The translations under genes and the position numbers were made by a program. The notes under the pieces were generated by a model. That model ran no database searches, was not told the origin of the DNA, and worked only from the letters and a program-made list of their open reading frames with translations. Shown here piece after piece: positions 62,606-64,000 of a stretch of 64,000 bases of DNA. How positions within the stretch are numbered: the stretch's first letter is position 1; every line of letters begins with the position of its first letter. This stretch comes from Takakia lepidozioides (Eukaryota > Plantae > Bryophyta): positions 15,810,001 to 15,874,000 of the forward strand of contig CM060733.1 in the NCBI GenBank assembly GCA_030704615.1, in the 5' to 3' direction.

Positions 62606-64000
62606 TTAAGTTCAGCTTTGATGAAAGATTTTTTAAAAAAAAATTAAAAGGGAAATACCCGGGAGCGACTGCTCACAAATCAGGCCCCTTAATTATAGTG
62701 AGAGGAAAAAATAACCTCTTTCATCTCGCCATGAGGCGTTAGGGACACCGCCCAAGGGAAGGGGGAGAAGATTACACCACATCCACCAAACGCCTTACTA
62801 GTTTTGTGAATTTGGAAATTCCTTTCTATGTGAAGTGGTGAACTCAATTGTTCTCTTGGACAACAGTACAAATTGCAAGATATAAACTGTCAAAGCATCA
62901 TAATCGCTTCTTAGATGGGCATTCTAGATATTATTGTTGACAGTGAGAATCAGGCAAGCTTTTGGAGCTGCCATAATGGCATTTCCCACCTATAGATACG
63001 AGAGCAAACCTTCAATCTGCAGCTTCAACTCACTCTCAACTCTAGCTTCCACCGTTGGCGTCTGGGCCTACACCGCCCCCACCTCCCCAGTACATCCGGG
63101 AAGTAATCGGGTTGGATATGTTTTCTACCTCCTTCAATCTGTCTCCGAGTTCATCCACCTCAGCAAGTTGGTTGTAACTAGTGTTGGACTGGTGTTGAGG
63201 GTCTACCCGGTTATTAACCCGGGTAACAACCTGGATATAAGCTAACCTAGCTACCAGAAGGTTCTTGACAATTACATGCAGAACAGGCCCGGCGGTTAGG
63301 GCTTGCGAGAGTGATCGGCAAGAACCTTACCCGCCTCAGCTTCCGGCGAGAGGACCCGTGTTGTTACCCGTGTTTATGGTTATGTTGCAGCTTCTGATAT
63401 GAGCTTCTTGGTATCAATATGGGAGGGGATATTGTAGCAGCTACGACATATATGGTAGGATTAGCATTGCTCCGTACTGTGGACTTGAAGCTAGGCATTG
63501 AAGATAGGCAACAACATGCTGAGCTTCCTGGTGATCTGCAGATTGGCTCTTCAAGTAATTTACAAAAGTGACAAGTTTCTGCGCTTCAAGTTTTTTTTTT
63601 TTTTTCTAAGTTTTAAAAGTCAAAGTATTGATAACCGTTGTTGATATTTTGCAAGAATATTTTCGAGGACCTTTGTTGATATCAGACCTTCGTTTTTTCA
63701 TGAAGTGCAATTGTTGATACCAGCCTGGTACCAGAATTTAAAAAATAAACATTATTTAACGACCTACCAGAACACAAAAACAAAATTTCTTCCTACCAAG
63801 AACCTACTGGTATAAGCAAAACCTGATACCAATCCAACACTGGTTGTAATGTTGTGACTCGAGAGTGAGATGCTTAGGAACTTGGAGATAACCCAGCCTA
63901 GAACACAAGCAGCCGATTTGTAGGATGACACAACTTTGTGTAGGGTCTAGAAGAGCTGACCACACAGAAAAGCTTGCATGCAGTAATGCTACAACTATGA

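Overview
Repeat-dense eukaryotic DNA, most likely from a non-seed land plant (bryophyte, lycophyte or fern). This is inferred from PLS-class PPR fragments, GT-AG introns, a CYP85-clan P450 and the transposon families present. Most of the window is nested transposons: two oppositely oriented deletion derivatives of a MULE-like DDE/SWIM element carrying GGCGCC-centred palindrome arrays (the second complete, with TIRs and an 8-9 bp TSD), a head-to-tail Helitron array, pieces of an Athila/Tat-like Ty3/Gypsy family with extra ORFs, a second Gypsy lineage, a CACTA transposase, a Harbinger-type Myb gene, a hAT-like remnant and a TTAA-flanked piggyBac-type element. The only clearly intact non-transposon gene is an intronless 530-aa HAD-phosphatase/class II terpene cyclase fusion (drimane-synthase type, DDLDTT and QW motifs, 24566-26158, minus strand). 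About 1.6 kb downstream on the same strand lies the 3' part of a CYP716-like P450, which makes a candidate terpenoid gene pair of microbial-type origin. Next to it is a disrupted gene resembling phage T7 gp2.5-type single-stranded DNA-binding proteins (20773-21506). No CRISPR array, rRNA or intact tRNA is supported. All family assignments come from motif recognition by eye, not from database searches.
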